DNA of 62,960 nucleotides, the filler included, from Octopus bimaculoides (lineage: Eukaryota): the NCBI RefSeq assembly GCF_001194135.2. It is 8 parts of 7 records of this genome, joined end to end, with 100 filler letters (N's around TTAATTAATTAA, not from the genome) between each part and the next. Parts side by side here need not be neighbours in the genome. Positions count along the whole stretch, not along the records: positions 58,652 to 62,960 come from NW_026390019.1; 7 more parts are not named here. The stretch is one strand, 5' to 3'. A program made the position numbers and the translations under genes. The notes beneath the pieces are model-generated. The model was given only the letters and a program-made list of their open reading frames with translations, ran no database searches and was not told the DNA's origin. Below, piece by piece: positions 61,710 through 62,960 of the stretch. Each line of letters opens with the position of its first letter. Position 1 is the stretch's first letter.

Positions 61710-62899
61710 NNNNNNNNNNNNNNNNNNNNNNNNNNNNNNNNNNNNNNNNNNNNNNNNNNNNNNNNNNNNNNNNNNNNNNNNNNNNNNNNNNNNNNNNNNN
61801 NNNNNNNNNNNNNNNNNNNNNNNNNNNNNNNNNNNNNNNNNNNNNNNNNNNNNNNNNNNNNNNNNNNNNNNNNNNNNNNNNNNNNNNNNNNNNNNNNNNN
61901 NNNNNNNNNNNNNNNNNNNNNNNNNNNNNNNNNNNNNNNNNNNNNNNNNNNNNNNNNNNNNNNNNNNNNNNNNNNNNNNNNNNNNNNNNNNNNNNNNNNN
62001 NNNNNNNNNNNNNNNNNNNNNNNNNNNNNNNNNNNNNNNNNNNNNNNNNNNNNNNNNNNNNNNNNNNNNNNNNNNNNNNNNNNNNNNNNNNNNNNNNNNN
62101 NNNNNNNNNNNNNNNNNNNNNNNNNNNNNNNNNNNNNNNNNNNNNNNNNNNNNNNNNNNNNNNNNNNNNNNNNNNNNNNNNNNNNNNNNNNNNNNNNNNN
62201 NNNNNNNNNNNNNNNNNNNNNNNNNNNNNNTATGTATGTATATATGTACATGTATGTATTTATGTAAGTATGTCTTATGCGTGCATGTATGTATACGTAC
62301 GTCCAGACCTACGTATGTATGTGTATGTATGTATGCATGTCTGTATGTATGCATGCATGTCTATATGTATGTATGTATGCATTTATTTATGTGTATGTAT
62401 GTATATTTGCACGTACGTACGCATGTACATATGTATGTATATATGTACGTACATACGTATGTACGTATATATGTGTGTGTATGCATGTATGTATGCACGT
62501 CTGTACATGTCTGTCTGTTCGTCTCTGAACATTCCGAATGTTCAGAGACGTTCAGAATTACTCACAAAAGCAACAGAGCCTAACATCTTCATCCACAGAA
62601 GCAAATGATGCAGAAGTAAAGGCATTAAGGCCTTCACATCCACATCACTGCTTCAGTTCACGCCAACAGACAGACATATATATACTCTCTCGCATTCCAC
62701 CCGATACTCAGCACGGGTACATCATCCCTTTGCAGACAGCAATTTCGATTTACTACCCCCAAACGCGAGTTTGTTAATAATAGTTAATACAAGAAACGCA
62801 GGCGTAGCTGTGTCGTTAAGAAGTTTGAACCCTAAAATGGGGTTCAGGGTTCAGTCCTGAACATCTTTGTGATGTGTATGAATATATATGTATTTATGG

Positions 62900-62900
<1 letters not shown>

Positions 62901-62960
<60 letters not shown>
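62901..62960. repeat. (CA)n microsatellite running off the window
   Basis: Visible dinucleotide tract. Confidence 0.95.

Noticed and set aside
62538-62777. 79-aa plus-strand ORF, and a minus-strand GTGAGT donor near 62565
   Set aside because: The signals conflict between strands, no motif is recognisable and the acceptor is weak.

Overview
AT-rich, microsatellite-saturated animal genomic DNA with many N gaps; seven of the gaps are 100-bp scaffolding linkers (N44-TTAATTAATTAA-N44). The SINE families, simple repeats and transposon relics look like a coleoid cephalopod, most likely Octopus (inference from repeat content, not verified). Almost all entries in the ORF track are artefacts of N runs or microsatellites. 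Two protein-coding regions are credible, both on the minus strand: a ~0.95-kb exon with a canonical MYND zinc finger preceded by a duplicated half-finger (52947-53892), and an intact, unrecognised 319-aa ORF with an in-frame internal duplication (38369-39328). The rest is a layered set of mobile elements: a Naiad/Chlamys-type Penelope-like element (PLE), a second decayed PLE with inverted terminal repeats, two L1/Tx1-like relics sharing a CCHC ORF1 (one apparently ORF1-only), an R4/Dong-like RT fragment, RTE fragments, a mariner fragment, Tc1 and hAT MITEs, and about 30 SINE copies. The most notable non-coding signals are minimal hammerhead-ribozyme-like motifs in two unrelated repeat families, combinatorial module swapping among SINEs, elements nested in (AAT)n tracts, and several promoter-like motif clusters. 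I found no CRISPR array, rRNA or convincing tRNA gene, and nothing that can be called a new multi-gene system from sequence alone. SINE family letters A-D and repeat letters E-F are my own labels.
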